NCBI GenBank assembly: GCA_951800155.1 | Contig: CATOJL010000001.1 | Span: forward strand, 1 to 54,549 | Direction of reading: 5' to 3' | DNA length: 54,549 nt | DNA from: an uncultured Bacilli bacterium | Lineage (GTDB): Bacteria > Bacillota_I > Bacilli_A > RF39 > UBA660 | In this document: positions 1-10,612 of the stretch, in pieces | Position numbering within the stretch: the first letter of the stretch is position 1 | Layout: every line of letters begins with the position of its first letter | Made by a program: the position numbers and the translations under genes | Notes under the pieces: model-generated | The model's database searches: none | Told to the model about the DNA's origin: nothing | Seen by the model: only the letters and a program-made list of their open reading frames with translations

Positions 1-502
1 CATTAATTGTTTTAATTGTGCATTTACGCTCCTTAGAATCTTTCAAAATATAGACAATATCCTTTGTATGTACTCGATATGTCAAACCATTCGAATCCAA
101 AATAATTACATTGTTGTTATCTAATAAAGATACTGCTTTGGTTAAAGCACTACGTAAATGATTTTCCCAATCGTTATGTTTAGAAATAAAATCTAACAAC
201 ATAATTTGAGCCTTCAAAGCCTCATACCCTAATTCTGTATGAGAAGTTACCATAATAATGATGCTATCCCAATCTGATTTTCTTATTTTTTTGGCTACTT
301 CAATTCCTGAAATACTTCCTGGAACCTCAATATCTAAAACATAAATCTTTTTACAACTTCTGTCTTGAATGACTTGTTCAAATTCTTCAGTAAATGTAGA
401 GAAACACTTAATGCTTTCTGTCTGTATACTATGCCCAACATCATAAATAATACTTTTACTTTTTTCCATGAACAAACCATGATCATCATATAAAATGAAC
501 AT
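1..502 (-). CDS. LytTR-family two-component response regulator (3' end runs off the window)
   Basis: Absent from the ORF track because the window edge truncates it. ATG at 502 follows a GGAGG-type RBS. The translation MFILYDDHGLF...KIYVLDIEVPGSISGIEVAKKIRKSDWDSIIIMVTSH is a receiver domain. It continues into ...YRVHTKDIVYILKDSKERKCTIKT, the start of a LytTR domain. Confidence 0.7.
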   Translation of the reverse strand, partial: MFILYDDHGLFMEKSKSIIYDVGHSIQTESIKCFSTFTEEFEQVIQDRSCKKIYVLDIEVPGSISGIEVAKKIRKSDWDSIIIMVTSHTELGYEALKAQIMLLDFISKHNDWENHLRSALTKAVSLLDNNNVIILDSNGLTYRVHTKDIVYILKDSKERKCTIKTIN

Positions 503-569
503 CACTCTTTCCTCCCCTATTTTACTTTTTTATGATAACATGATTCGACGATATTTTCAATAAATTACA

Positions 570-600
570 ACAAAAAAGAACACAAATTTGTTCTTTTTTG
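570..600 (-). terminator. Rho-independent terminator (bidirectional shape) after the AbiEi-like gene
   Basis: Stem aagaaca/tgttctt (576-582 / 589-595) with A-run and T-run on either side, 20 nt downstream of the stop at 620. Confidence 0.6.
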
Positions 601-619
601 TTTTACTAATTGCAAATTT

Positions 620-1210
620 TTATTTCAAGCAAGAATTGTCTTCAAAAATCTCAGTTGCAATTCGATTTACAATTCTTTTATCTTTAAAGAAGGGAAGATA
701 AGATTGCAATTTTCTCTTATTGAGTAGATTTTTTAATTTTCTATAACTTTCGGTAATCTCCTTATATACTTCATAATCAATATTTGGCTTATTACGGACA
801 ACCTCTATAAGCAAACGTTCAATATCAAACGTTTTAATTTGCACACCTTCGAACTTTAAGATATTGATCCCTAAATGGTACAAATCATCACTCATAAATA
901 TTTGTTTTAAATTATCGTTTTTAATTTTTCTATCTTTTTGCTTTGTTGCTATTACATAAGGCTTTTTATTTTCCTTTAAAAATCCATAGCAATAACAAGC
1001 TGTCCATAAATTAATAATTGCATTGGGATGCTTTTTTACAATATATTCAAAATAATTAATTTCTTTTTTTGTGGAATATACGCCCTTTTCAATGAAATAC
1101 AGTTTTCCCTCTTTCATCAACCTTTTTATATGATAATCTTTATATCCACGTTTTATAAAATCATTATGCATATAAATCATAATCCCACCCCTGAAACTAT
1201 TATAATCCAT
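620..1210 (-). CDS. AbiEi-like (type IV TA antitoxin family) DNA-binding protein, orphan
   Basis: The N-terminus FIKRGYKDYHIKRLMKEGKLYFIEKGVYS matches the AbiEi_4 signature (..L.k.G.l..i.rGvY). PNAIINLWTACYCYGF matches the following conserved block. No AbiEii nucleotidyltransferase gene is adjacent. Confidence 0.5.
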   Translation of the reverse strand: MDYNSFRGGIMIYMHNDFIKRGYKDYHIKRLMKEGKLYFIEKGVYSTKKEINYFEYIVKKHPNAIINLWTACYCYGFLKENKKPYVIATKQKDRKIKNDNLKQIFMSDDLYHLGINILKFEGVQIKTFDIERLLIEVVRNKPNIDYEVYKEITESYRKLKNLLNKRKLQSYLPFFKDKRIVNRIATEIFEDNSCLK

Positions 1211-1342
1211 TTATTTAGAAAATGCAAATGATACCGACATATAGTATATCAACAAAACACATATTCATTTGCAGATTTCTTTCATTCTTTACATGATTGC
1301 ATGGAAACAATTTAATCGCATAATGTTTATTAGGTGATTCCT

Positions 1343-1774
1343 TTGAAAAATAATCATAAACTCCAAAAAGTTCTTGGTAATATGGGAGGAAGTCTTTTCA
1401 TTCTATTTGCTCCTGAGTTATTAAGTCCCCTTTATCTAGCTAGTTATAAACATTGGAGGGACTGTCAAGAATGTGAAAAAGAAAGAAAAAGATTAACAAA
1501 AAAATGAGTTAAAATAAATTATAGGCTTACTGGTGATGAAATATCAGAGGATGTAACAAAAATATTTTACGAAGTTTGTAGACAAATAGATTCCTTATTC
1601 CTAAAAGAATTAAAAACTTTACGTACATTTTGCAATGTAATTGATAAACAAAATTGTCTTGATCTTCGTATGCACCGCAATATAGATGAAATAGTAAAAA
1701 TTGTTTCTAAATATAAGAATAGCATTGAGGAATATATTGATTTTAAGAAAGAAAAAAGAAACGTAAAAATGTAG
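1343..1774 (+). pseudogene. Hypothetical ORF interrupted by an in-frame TGA (possible pseudogene)
   Basis: TTG at 1343 follows aggtga. The frame stays open for 143 codons except for TGA at 1505-1507 (...ERKRLTKK*VKINYRLTGDEISEDV...). No recognisable family. Confidence 0.2.
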
Positions 1775-1931
1775 TAAGCATCAAATCAAAATTTATCTTT
1801 CTCCTCTTCTATAATAAATTGATTAAAAAGTTATTCATCCAAAACAAAAGAAATAGAGGAATATACCTGTTTCAAATGCAAAAGAACTCTAAAAAGTTAA
1901 AATTGCACAAAGAGAGGGTGCAATTTTTATG

Positions 1932-4550
1932 TCATACGCCTAATGGTTTATGAAATTTTTTAAGTAAATACTTTCTTAACCAGTCTGCTGGAATCACAGT
2001 AAGGGCAAATAGAATCATGAATTGTAATTCAAAGAAAGTAAGCCCTGTTGTTCGAAATACAGAACCGCCAAAATAAATTAATAAAATTTGGACAAACGCA
2101 ATAAACCCAATAATCCCTAAGAAAACTTTATTTTTCAAAATTCCTGCTGCTATATTCATTCGACTTGTTCTAGCATTAAAACTATTAAATACATCTATGA
2201 AAATAAACAAACCAAAGAAAGCTGTCATTAACCGTTCTTCACTTTGATAAATATTTCTTAAAATTGGTACTTTTAGAAAGAAGAAACACAGAATTGCGCT
2301 ATAGATACTTGTCCATAAAATAGAACTGAGCATATATTGATTAATAATCGGATCCGTTTTCTTTTTTGGCTTTTCTTTCATGTATTCTAACATAGGTGGT
2401 TCAAAAGCAAAGGCAAGTCCCGCTAATGTATCCATTACCATATTAATCCAAAGCATCTGCACAACAGTTACAGGCGTGTCAATTCCAATAAATGGTCCTA
2501 TGATGGATAAACTTAAAGCACAGAAATTGATACTTAGTTGTACGATAATGAACTTACGAATACTTTTAAAAATAGTTCTTCCAAATAGAATTGCTTTTGC
2601 AATTGATAAAAAATTATCATCTAATATAACAATATCACTTGCTTCTTTAGACACTTCAGTTCCACTTCCCATTGCAAATCCAACATCTGCTTTTTTAAGA
2701 GCAGGTGCATCATTCACTCCATCTCCTGTCATTCCTACTACTAAATTCATTTCTTTAGATAATTTAACAAGTCTACTTTTATCCAGTGGAAGAGCGCGAG
2801 CTAAGACTTTTAAATGGGGAATCATTTTCTTTACTTCCTCATCGTTCATTCTATTTAATTCCTCACTTGTTAAAACTAAATCATGAGCAGACTCTATAAT
2901 ATGAGTTTCTTTAGCAATTGCCATAGCTGTTTCCTTATTATCTCCTGTAATCATTACAACCTGAATATGGGCATCTTTTACTAGATCAACGCCTGTAATA
3001 GCTTCTTTTCGTACCTCATCCTTAATCAAGATAAGTCCTAAAAAGCAAGAACCAGTAATACCATTTGTTAATGTATGATTTTCATCAATAGCAAGTGCTA
3101 AAACACGAATCCCTTTCTTCGTATAATTCTCAATCTGTCTTTTAAGTTTATCCTTTTCTTTAAAGATATGTTTCATTCCAAAATCATCATAATATTCTGT
3201 TGCAGCATCAATAATTTTTTCAGGAGCTCCCTTAATATACTTCTTTTTTCCATGAACATCAGCTACTGTATAAGAATATTTATTTTTACTATCAAAAGGA
3301 GTTTCCTTTATTTTTTGATATTTAAGAGTTTTATCAGTTGTTAAAAATTGAAGCAAAGCCTTATCTGTAATATTTCCCCCAATATATTTTCCATTGGAAA
3401 ACACACATTCATTATTATACAAAAGACTATTTTTTAAATTTTCATACATTTTAGAATATTTTTTTACTTCTACTTCTGTATAAAATTCTTTTAAAGAGGG
3501 TGCGACATAGCCGACAACTTCCAATTTTCCTTTTGTTAATGTTCCTGTTTTATCTGTAAATAGGATATTTAAACTTCCAGCTGTTTCTATTCCTACTAAT
3601 TTTCGAACAAGTACATTATTTTTAAGCATTCGCTTCATATTTGAAGAAAGAACTAAAGTGATCATCATAGGAAGTCCTTCTGGAACAGCAACTACAATGA
3701 CAGTCACACAAAGAGTAAGTGCATATAGAATATGTCCTAGCATACCTCTAAAATCGGTTACACATGCCATAATCTTAGATAGTTCAAATTGGTTTTGAAT
3801 AACAATTGTCGAAAAAAGATAGGAAAATGAAACTAAAAATGCACCTACATATCCAATTTTACTAATTGTTTTTGCTAAACCTGCAAGTCTTAATTTTAAA
3901 GGACTATCCCCTGTTTTCTCAGAAAGTTCTAGGGCAAGTTTTCCATACATGGTACTACTTCCTACACTGGTTACAATCATCATACCCTCTTTTGAATAAA
4001 CGACAGTTCCTCGATATAACTTATTTTTATCTTCTAAAATATTTGTCTGTGGTTCTTTATAAATTTCTCTTGCCTCACCATTTAGGGAAGATTCATCTAC
4101 ACTAAGACTTCCCTTGATTAAAATTCCATCTGCTGGTATTTTATCCCCTGCAGATAACAATACGATATCTCCAACAACTACATCTTCTACTTTTATTTCT
4201 TGTACTTGTCCATTTCTTTTTACCCTACATTTTATTTTAGCAGCTTCTTTTTGCAATTTGACAAAAGATTTCTCACTTCCATATTCAGAAACAGTAGATA
4301 TAAACGAAGCAACAAAAATAGCAATCACAATTCCAACTGTTTCATACCAATCAAAATCTTGCATCAGAAAAAGGATTTTGATGCCCAAAGCAATCAATAA
4401 AATACGAATAATAGGATCTCCTAAACTTTCTAAAAATTTGCTTAAAAAAGTAGTCCCTTTTGCTTCAGTAATTTCATTTGTTCCATTTTCCTTGCGACTC
4501 TTCTCTACTTCTTCATCCGTTAGTCCAAATTGTAATGTGTTTTTATTCAT
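1932..4550 (-). CDS. P-type (P2) calcium-translocating ATPase
   Basis: 872 aa with DKTGTLT phosphorylation motif, TGDN, GDGVNDAPALKKADVG hinge and 10-TM layout. N-terminus LTDEEVEKSRKENGTNE is typical of PMCA/SERCA-like pumps. GGAG RBS present. Confidence 0.9.
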   Translation of the reverse strand: MNKNTLQFGLTDEEVEKSRKENGTNEITEAKGTTFLSKFLESLGDPIIRILLIALGIKILFLMQDFDWYETVGIVIAIFVASFISTVSEYGSEKSFVKLQKEAAKIKCRVKRNGQVQEIKVEDVVVGDIVLLSAGDKIPADGILIKGSLSVDESSLNGEAREIYKEPQTNILEDKNKLYRGTVVYSKEGMMIVTSVGSSTMYGKLALELSEKTGDSPLKLRLAGLAKTISKIGYVGAFLVSFSYLFSTIVIQNQFELSKIMACVTDFRGMLGHILYALTLCVTVIVVAVPEGLPMMITLVLSSNMKRMLKNNVLVRKLVGIETAGSLNILFTDKTGTLTKGKLEVVGYVAPSLKEFYTEVEVKKYSKMYENLKNSLLYNNECVFSNGKYIGGNITDKALLQFLTTDKTLKYQKIKETPFDSKNKYSYTVADVHGKKKYIKGAPEKIIDAATEYYDDFGMKHIFKEKDKLKRQIENYTKKGIRVLALAIDENHTLTNGITGSCFLGLILIKDEVRKEAITGVDLVKDAHIQVVMITGDNKETAMAIAKETHIIESAHDLVLTSEELNRMNDEEVKKMIPHLKVLARALPLDKSRLVKLSKEMNLVVGMTGDGVNDAPALKKADVGFAMGSGTEVSKEASDIVILDDNFLSIAKAILFGRTIFKSIRKFIIVQLSINFCALSLSIIGPFIGIDTPVTVVQMLWINMVMDTLAGLAFAFEPPMLEYMKEKPKKKTDPIINQYMLSSILWTSIYSAILCFFFLKVPILRNIYQSEERLMTAFFGLFIFIDVFNSFNARTSRMNIAAGILKNKVFLGIIGFIAFVQILLIYFGGSVFRTTGLTFFELQFMILFALTVIPADWLRKYLLKKFHKPLGV

Positions 4551-4693
4551 ATTTCTCCTTACACTATATAAAAACAGTTACAAGAGAGAATTTGTACTTT
4601 TACTATTTTTATATAGATTTTCCCCTTCAATAGATTTTCTCTCTTATACTTTAAATATATTAGGGTTATTTATAAGTAGAAATAGATTCTATC

Positions 4694-4723
4694 GACAAAA
4701 AACAATGTTTAAGTAACATTGTT
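4694..4723 (-). terminator. Rho-independent terminator upstream of the ATPase gene
   Basis: Minus strand reads aacaatgtt-actta-aacattgtt followed by tttttt. This is a 9-bp perfect stem. Confidence 0.55.
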
Positions 4724-4987
4724 CCAAACTGTTGGCAAATACGTATAAAACTTGAATCCTATATGATTTTATAAATCTTTTTCATTATAAGTTTTATCTT
4801 ATAAAGATTTAATTTTTACTTTTAAAGAGCTTCATTCTATATATAATACAGACTATGTTTAAACCAAAAAAGAATTAAAAAGAACTAAATTCATAATACA
4901 AAGAAAAAGAAACTACTTTCGAAATATCAAATTCCTCATTCTATGTTAACTTAACCCAAAACCAGTTATTTGCATTTGCACTTACTG

Positions 4988-5341
4988 TTATAGAAGTCCC
5001 AGTTGCTTTGCATGTATCTTACTAGCGAACACCACATTTCGGTTGATAATTCCTTCCGACTTCTTATTTTGTAGTTCAATATTTACTTTTTCTCCTTCAA
5101 TATCTACTAATAGATCAATTTGTTTATTCGCTTCCCTTTTATGTTCTATAATCAAATTTCGACTCAGTATTTCCACATGGCCTCTTAGCTTACTTAATGG
5201 GACTTCTAAATAGCATGACAAAAAGTTTTCTAATACGATGATATTATCAGGATTATTAAAGATATTACAAAATACATAATCAAAGGTAATAGGCACAATT
5301 GCTCCTTCTTCTAATTGTTTACTTCTTACTGATTCACTCAT
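4988..5341 (-). pseudogene. Truncated Rpn / PD-(D/E)XK (PDDEXK_2) putative transposase, N-terminal third only
   Basis: PITFDYVFCNIFNNPDNIIVLENFLSCYL...KQIDLLVDIEGEKVNIELQN matches the Rpn-family N-terminus. It stops at 117 aa, whereas I recall this family as about 300 aa. Confidence 0.55.
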
Positions 5342-5605
5342 TTTTATCTCTTCTTTCTATAAAACCCTTTCTCTTCTCTCAAACACATTGTAAACTATTC
5401 TTTTTTACTTGTAAAAGGAGAGAATTAGCTTATTTGAGAAGAGCAGTTCACAGATACTTAAAATAAGTAAGACCTATTTTTTGAATCTGGAAAAGCTACT
5501 ACTTAAAAAATAAAGAATATATATATTTCAATTGTATTCTCTTTTTTTTATCCTCTCTATTATTTAGATACACTGGTATAATTAAAACTGCTTGTTACTA
5601 ATTTA

Positions 5606-5633
5606 TAGAAAATAAAAACTGCATCATGCAGTT
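5606..5633 (-). terminator. Rho-independent terminator after 5646..6389
   Basis: Minus strand reads aactgca-tga-tgcagtt followed by tttatttt, 13 nt after the stop. Confidence 0.65.
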
Positions 5634-5645
5634 CTATATTTCTCT

Positions 5646-6389
5646 TTATCTTTCCATGCAAACATCCAAATGAACAGGAATTGATTCTAAAAAAGCTTTT
5701 AACTCTTTATTTGTATCGTATAATGTATACCTATTTCCTTCTTTATCTCTTAAATCATATGGTCCTAACTGATCTAAAATAGATGGTTTCCTCAATGTTT
5801 CCATTAACTTTTTGATTGAATAAGTATATGTTCCTTTTCTATATTTCAGTTCATCTTCTTCATACCCATAAATGTACTTATAGCGATTGTCATCAAATAC
5901 AATTAGCACAACGGTTTCACAATCTAAGCGATTTGAAGAGATCTCAAATAGTTTTCGTTCACTCACAAAATCAAAATAAATTTCCTCTCCTGTAAGAATT
6001 CCTAACATAATGGATTGATTTTTTTCAGATAAATTGTTTTCATATATTTCTAATACTTTTTCCTTCGTTTCAGAAAAAAGATCTTGTATAAATTTTTTTG
6101 TTACCTCTTGATTCTCAAACGAAAGATCTATATCGTAAGTTTCTTTTTCAGGTAGTTTTCCATTTAGACATTCAACTGTACTACAAAGGGATTGCTTCTC
6201 TACATGTATTGAATAAGATTTACCTATATAAATATCATACTGCGTTCCAGGTATACTCTCATCATAATAAATGACTTTATATGCATAGTCTATCTCTCCA
6301 TCCCGTTTCCTCTGTACTATCCATATAGAAATTATAATTGCTAGAATAGAAAAAACAAGAAACCCTAGAAATATATACTTCCATTTCAT
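5646..6389 (-). CDS. Hypothetical membrane-anchored protein
   Basis: One N-terminal TM helix (IFLGFLVFSILAIIISIWIV), RBS agagg, same operon direction as 6424..7950. No motif recognised. Confidence 0.5.
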   Translation of the reverse strand: MKWKYIFLGFLVFSILAIIISIWIVQRKRDGEIDYAYKVIYYDESIPGTQYDIYIGKSYSIHVEKQSLCSTVECLNGKLPEKETYDIDLSFENQEVTKKFIQDLFSETKEKVLEIYENNLSEKNQSIMLGILTGEEIYFDFVSERKLFEISSNRLDCETVVLIVFDDNRYKYIYGYEEDELKYRKGTYTYSIKKLMETLRKPSILDQLGPYDLRDKEGNRYTLYDTNKELKAFLESIPVHLDVCMER

Positions 6390-6423
6390 TTTATACCTCT
6401 ACTCTAAGCCATGAATCCATGCC

Positions 6424-7950
6424 CTATTTTACAACAATAGAAGTTGCAACCCACCTTGTTTCATGTGAACCTCCACCATCAATAGGATCATTAATGTAGC
6501 AGTATTTGTTTCGGCAATGGCTTTGTAATTCTTTTGTTTTTAAAAATTGTTTTGCTTTCTCTTCTGGAAATACCATAACACTGGATGTTCCGCCATCTAG
6601 ATTTGCTGCATTATAGGCACCATATTTCTCCATAATTTCTGTTAAATCGACCATATCAGCTCCCGGATATTTCAACGTTCTTCCATCAACTACTAATAGT
6701 AAAACAATCCCATCTTTTCTTTGTCCAATCGCTGTTCTAGGCGCTGTTCCCCATCCTCCATTTCCTTTTATGAATGATTTCTGTCCATTCACAATTAGGA
6801 ATGGTCCAAAGGTAACAGCATCGCGAACGCCTTTTGCCAAAGCCTCTTTTGAAGTCATTTTTCCTAATATTAATTTATTATCTTTTGTAAAACCAATCAA
6901 GCCACCTGATTTTGAATAAGCCCGATCGGAAACAACTTTTCCATTTTGAATCACAATTCCTTGTGGGGTTCCCCCATTACTACTATAATTTGGATCAATA
7001 AATCCACCACCATTAATAGCAACTAAAGCTTTACTATCCGCCGCCATATCAGTAACATACTGTCCCTTTACATTTAAGTATTTTGTTGTAGCTACTTTTA
7101 TTCTTGCAGGATCATATACAACAACTAAATGTCCTTTATATCCACTTCCTTCAATAGGAATTACTTTATAAACATCATTTCCTTTATCCTTCGTTAATAC
7201 TTCTTTTTCATATGCATTGGCATACGTAGTTGCATCAAAATCTAAATTTCCTACACTAATTAAATTTAAATCTGTGTCTTCTCCACTTTCAATAATTGTA
7301 TTTTGATCTAAAACACTTTCAATAGTTTCCGTATCATAGAACCATGTTGCGAAATATTGATGAGTCATCGTTGTCATCGCTGTTGGAATAAGCCAATCTC
7401 TAAACCCCTTATTTGGTCCATACATGATAAAAGAAAAAGAACCACAACCTACAATGTAGAAAAACATAAATATAGAGAAGAGAACCTTAAATACTTTGCT
7501 CTTAGCTGGAAGCTTATTTTCTTTATTTGCATGTAGAACAATTCCGCTAATAAATAGCAATATAAAAAGGATAAAAAGAACATACAAAATGGATAACAGT
7601 TGTTTACTAATTAAAGTATTACTATGGGTACCAATTAAAATCAGTACGAATAAAGATGGTAAAAATAATAAAGAGAAAACAATTAAATTCGCACCCTTTC
7701 TTTTCTCTTTTACTGGTTCAGGTATCTCAATGATATCTGTACTTTCTTCTCCATTTGTATCAGGAATTGGCATTTCTACAAAAGAAAATGTTTGCTCTTG
7801 TTTCTTTTCATCTGTTTGTGTAAAAGGGGAAAAACTATTATCTACAAACATTTCTTGCTTTAACAAAAAACTATTGGTAACCTCTATTTTCTCTTCCCTT
7901 TTCTCCTTAATATAAGGTTCAAATGGATTTCTATCCTTCATAAAACTCAC
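6424..7950 (-). CDS. Phosphodiester glycosidase (NAGPA/DUF2233) family membrane protein
   Basis: C-terminal AINGGGF...GTPQGIVIQNGKV...PRTAIGQRKDGIVLLLVVDGR...ANLDGGTSSVM is the NAGPA-domain signature. Multi-TM middle region. The ATG at 7941 has the better RBS (agaggtga). Confidence 0.75.
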   Translation of the reverse strand: MSFMKDRNPFEPYIKEKREEKIEVTNSFLLKQEMFVDNSFSPFTQTDEKKQEQTFSFVEMPIPDTNGEESTDIIEIPEPVKEKRKGANLIVFSLLFLPSLFVLILIGTHSNTLISKQLLSILYVLFILFILLFISGIVLHANKENKLPAKSKVFKVLFSIFMFFYIVGCGSFSFIMYGPNKGFRDWLIPTAMTTMTHQYFATWFYDTETIESVLDQNTIIESGEDTDLNLISVGNLDFDATTYANAYEKEVLTKDKGNDVYKVIPIEGSGYKGHLVVVYDPARIKVATTKYLNVKGQYVTDMAADSKALVAINGGGFIDPNYSSNGGTPQGIVIQNGKVVSDRAYSKSGGLIGFTKDNKLILGKMTSKEALAKGVRDAVTFGPFLIVNGQKSFIKGNGGWGTAPRTAIGQRKDGIVLLLVVDGRTLKYPGADMVDLTEIMEKYGAYNAANLDGGTSSVMVFPEEKAKQFLKTKELQSHCRNKYCYINDPIDGGGSHETRWVATSIVVK

Positions 7951-7953
7951 CTC

Positions 7954-8484
7954 TTATTTCACATATCTCGATGAAAATTTTTCAATTGTCTTATACTTTG
8001 GATTTTCTTTTGTCCAAACATTATAATTTTCAACCAACGTATTGTATCTTTTTATATCTGCCTTAAATACTTGCATAGCACTTTCATAACTAATTTGATA
8101 GGAATTACACTTTTGTACTACTTCATTATCTGTATAAGTAAAAGTACACTTTTCTTTTAAACTATTTCCTATTTTGATAATTTCGCCAATAATGGTATCA
8201 TACTCATTTAATATCTTTACAATCGCACTATTTTTTTCTTGCGTATTTGTATAATAGAGCGTTCCCATAATCGAATTATATTCTTCTTTTTTTGTATTGA
8301 ATAAAGAGGCATTTTTATTTAAGTCATCATAAAGAAAATGAATTTCTTCCATATTTTTCTTTACTTCCTCATTTTCACTTTTCATAGCACTAAATAATTT
8401 TGAAATCCCTAAAATGATCCCCATTCCTATAAGTAGAACAATAAAAATGATAAGAATTACATTTCTTTTCTTCATACAACTCAC
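7954..8484 (-). CDS. Hypothetical membrane-anchored coiled-coil protein
   Basis: N-terminal TM helix (VILIIFIVLLIGMGIILGI). Tightly packed with the downstream gene. Confidence 0.45.
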   Translation of the reverse strand: MSCMKKRNVILIIFIVLLIGMGIILGISKLFSAMKSENEEVKKNMEEIHFLYDDLNKNASLFNTKKEEYNSIMGTLYYTNTQEKNSAIVKILNEYDTIIGEIIKIGNSLKEKCTFTYTDNEVVQKCNSYQISYESAMQVFKADIKRYNTLVENYNVWTKENPKYKTIEKFSSRYVK

Positions 8485-8569
8485 ATCCCCATATTCGTAA
8501 ATAGTATATCAAATTTCGCATCAAGCATCAAGAGAAAGTAAGAAATTTCTATGGCCGAAAAAACGAACT

Positions 8570-9781
8570 TTAAATATTTAATTGCTCATTCATAATCTCT
8601 TTGTATTTCTCTACACCAGGCTGATTTGCATAATTGTTTCCTTCCATATAAGCCCCAAGCGTACTTACAATCGAAAAGAAAGCATATAAATATCCCATAT
8701 TGTATGGATTGATTTGATCGATCGTAATAATACCTGTATATCTTCCTTCTTTATGATGCGCTAAAGCAACACTTTTTAAAGCAATGCTATTCATTGTATC
8801 CATATAACGACTATATTTTTCTACATAATATTCACTATTTTTCTCTACATCAATACTTGTTTCAAATACAATAGGCGTTCCTTCTTGTAAATATTGCCCT
8901 AAAGAGTGAAGTTTTCCTGTATTCACCATTGGAACAGGGAGTATTCCTTTTTTAAATTTCCCCTGTGTTTCAGCAAAAATTTGTTGAATCCAATCACTAA
9001 ATGCCTCTAATTTGGGCTCATAAACATTCAAAACTTCAATATATTTTCCCAAACTATACATATGCTCACGAACAGCTAAATATTTATAGTAATCTCTTCG
9101 ATTTTGTTTCGCACTTCTCGCTCCATCTAGAATACTTCGAATATCAATTCCCGCTACACAAATAGGAAAAAGACCTACTGTTGTTAATGTGGAAAAACGT
9201 CCACCCACATTCGCTGGAAACACAAATCTTTTACACCCGATTCTTTTAGCCATTTCTAATAAATGCCCCTGTTCTCTATCGGTTGTAACGATGATTCTCT
9301 CCTTAATTTCCTCGTCATTATATCTTACTTTTAAAGCTCTATATAATGCTTCAAATGCCACCATAGTTTCTAAAGTATTTCCTGACTTTGAAATTACATT
9401 TAAAACTACTTCTTTATCTTGCATGTAATCAATTAAAGATTCTAAATATTCTCCTGATAAAGAGTTCCCAGCGTAGATAATTTCTGGATTAGATCGTTTA
9501 AAATAAGGCGTTAAAGCATCAATCATTCCTTTCGCCCCTAAATAAGAACCCCCTACCCCGATCACAATAAATAAATCTGCTTTCCTGCGAACATAGGCGG
9601 CCGTTCTTTCTATATCCGTCATTTCTTCTTCAGAAAAAAGCATATCAAATTGATACCAATCATTCATATTGTTTTCTCTTAAAAAATCATTCCGTGCTCG
9701 ATCTACACTATTACTATATGCAATAAATGTTTCTGTGTTTACTTCTCCTTCTAAATAGGTTTCAAAATCAAATTTTATCAT
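8570..9781 (-). CDS. pgi: Glucose-6-phosphate isomerase
   Basis: Motifs IGVGGSYLGAKG, ISKSGNTLET and VGGRFSTLT. RBS aaaggaag. Confidence 0.9.
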   Translation of the reverse strand: MIKFDFETYLEGEVNTETFIAYSNSVDRARNDFLRENNMNDWYQFDMLFSEEEMTDIERTAAYVRRKADLFIVIGVGGSYLGAKGMIDALTPYFKRSNPEIIYAGNSLSGEYLESLIDYMQDKEVVLNVISKSGNTLETMVAFEALYRALKVRYNDEEIKERIIVTTDREQGHLLEMAKRIGCKRFVFPANVGGRFSTLTTVGLFPICVAGIDIRSILDGARSAKQNRRDYYKYLAVREHMYSLGKYIEVLNVYEPKLEAFSDWIQQIFAETQGKFKKGILPVPMVNTGKLHSLGQYLQEGTPIVFETSIDVEKNSEYYVEKYSRYMDTMNSIALKSVALAHHKEGRYTGIITIDQINPYNMGYLYAFFSIVSTLGAYMEGNNYANQPGVEKYKEIMNEQLNI

Positions 9782-9804
9782 TTTTGCTTCCTTTCCACTC
9801 GGTT

Positions 9805-10506
9805 CTAAAAGAAGATTTTTCTAATTTCCTCCCTTGCAGGATAAGAAATGCTCTCTAATTTTTCTTCAAATTTTTTTCGGTCATAAATACATTTTTTCCT
9901 ATATATACTAAAATCTTCTCCATCAAATGCAAATATGGTATAAGTTGCAATATTATCTTTTGTGCACCCTATACTACTTAAATTCACATATACACGTTCA
10001 TTTTCACTTTTATAAAAATCATCTTGATGAAAATGTCCCATAAAAGTAAAATCATTGGCATAATTTCGAAATACTCTCCTTACATGTTCTTCTGTTAGTT
10101 TTTTTGGTGTATAAAAATCATTTTCGACTTTATCAAAAGGATAATGCATAAAAGCAATTTTTTGATCATTTAACGTCATTTCTAAACATATATCTAACTT
10201 TTGCAAATACTCTTTGTGTGATAAATCAAGTTGAGAAGCAACCCATGCATGATGTGCTCTTTCTTCTATTGTCATTTGTTTTTCATTGTGGGTTCCATTT
10301 AAATAATATCGTTCATGATTTCCTAATACCAATTTGATATGATTTTCACGAATAAGATCAAGACATTCTTTTGGGTTTGGCCCAAGTCCAATCACATCCC
10401 CCAAACAAATAACTTCATCAAAATCGGTTTTTTCAATGCTAGTGAGAATTGCTTCTAAAGCCTCTTTATTGCCATGGACATCAGAAAAAATAGCAATTCT
10501 AAACAT
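9805..10506 (-). CDS. Metallophosphoesterase (YfcE/MPP family)
   Basis: Motifs IAIFSDVHGN, GDVIGLGPNP, LGNHE, GHFH. Confidence 0.85.
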   Translation of the reverse strand: MFRIAIFSDVHGNKEALEAILTSIEKTDFDEVICLGDVIGLGPNPKECLDLIRENHIKLVLGNHERYYLNGTHNEKQMTIEERAHHAWVASQLDLSHKEYLQKLDICLEMTLNDQKIAFMHYPFDKVENDFYTPKKLTEEHVRRVFRNYANDFTFMGHFHQDDFYKSENERVYVNLSSIGCTKDNIATYTIFAFDGEDFSIYRKKCIYDRKKFEEKLESISYPAREEIRKIFF

Positions 10507-10612
10507 ACCATCACGCTACTTTCTACTATAACCCTATTTTATCAAATCGCTTTCATAAAATCTATGTGTTTATGAAAATTTGTGCGAATTTTGTCAAATT
10601 TTAGTTACTATT

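Noticed and set aside
1505-1507. In-frame TGA as selenocysteine or TGA=Trp recoding
   Set aside because: TGA terminates well-supported genes in this window (for example HIT at 24073-24075). I did not assess a SECIS-like hairpin downstream. A pseudogene or chance frame is more parsimonious.
2380-4716. Plus-strand ORFs in the track (2380..2886, 3866..4105, 4114..4716, 4200..4400) lying opposite the P-type ATPase gene
   Set aside because: They sit entirely inside a strongly supported minus-strand gene. Their low-complexity Ser/Ile/Phe-rich translations are typical of antisense frames in AT-rich DNA, and they have no RBS. The same reasoning rejects 1028..1231, 7496..7915, 9189..9428, 11422..11763, 13470..13691, 14672..14890, 18419..18634, 19054..19320, 19473..19781, 28567..28755, 32200..32430, 32569..32961, 36618..36935, 37491..37772, 39601..39783, 45090..45347, 47203..47682, 51039..51233 and 54051..54239.
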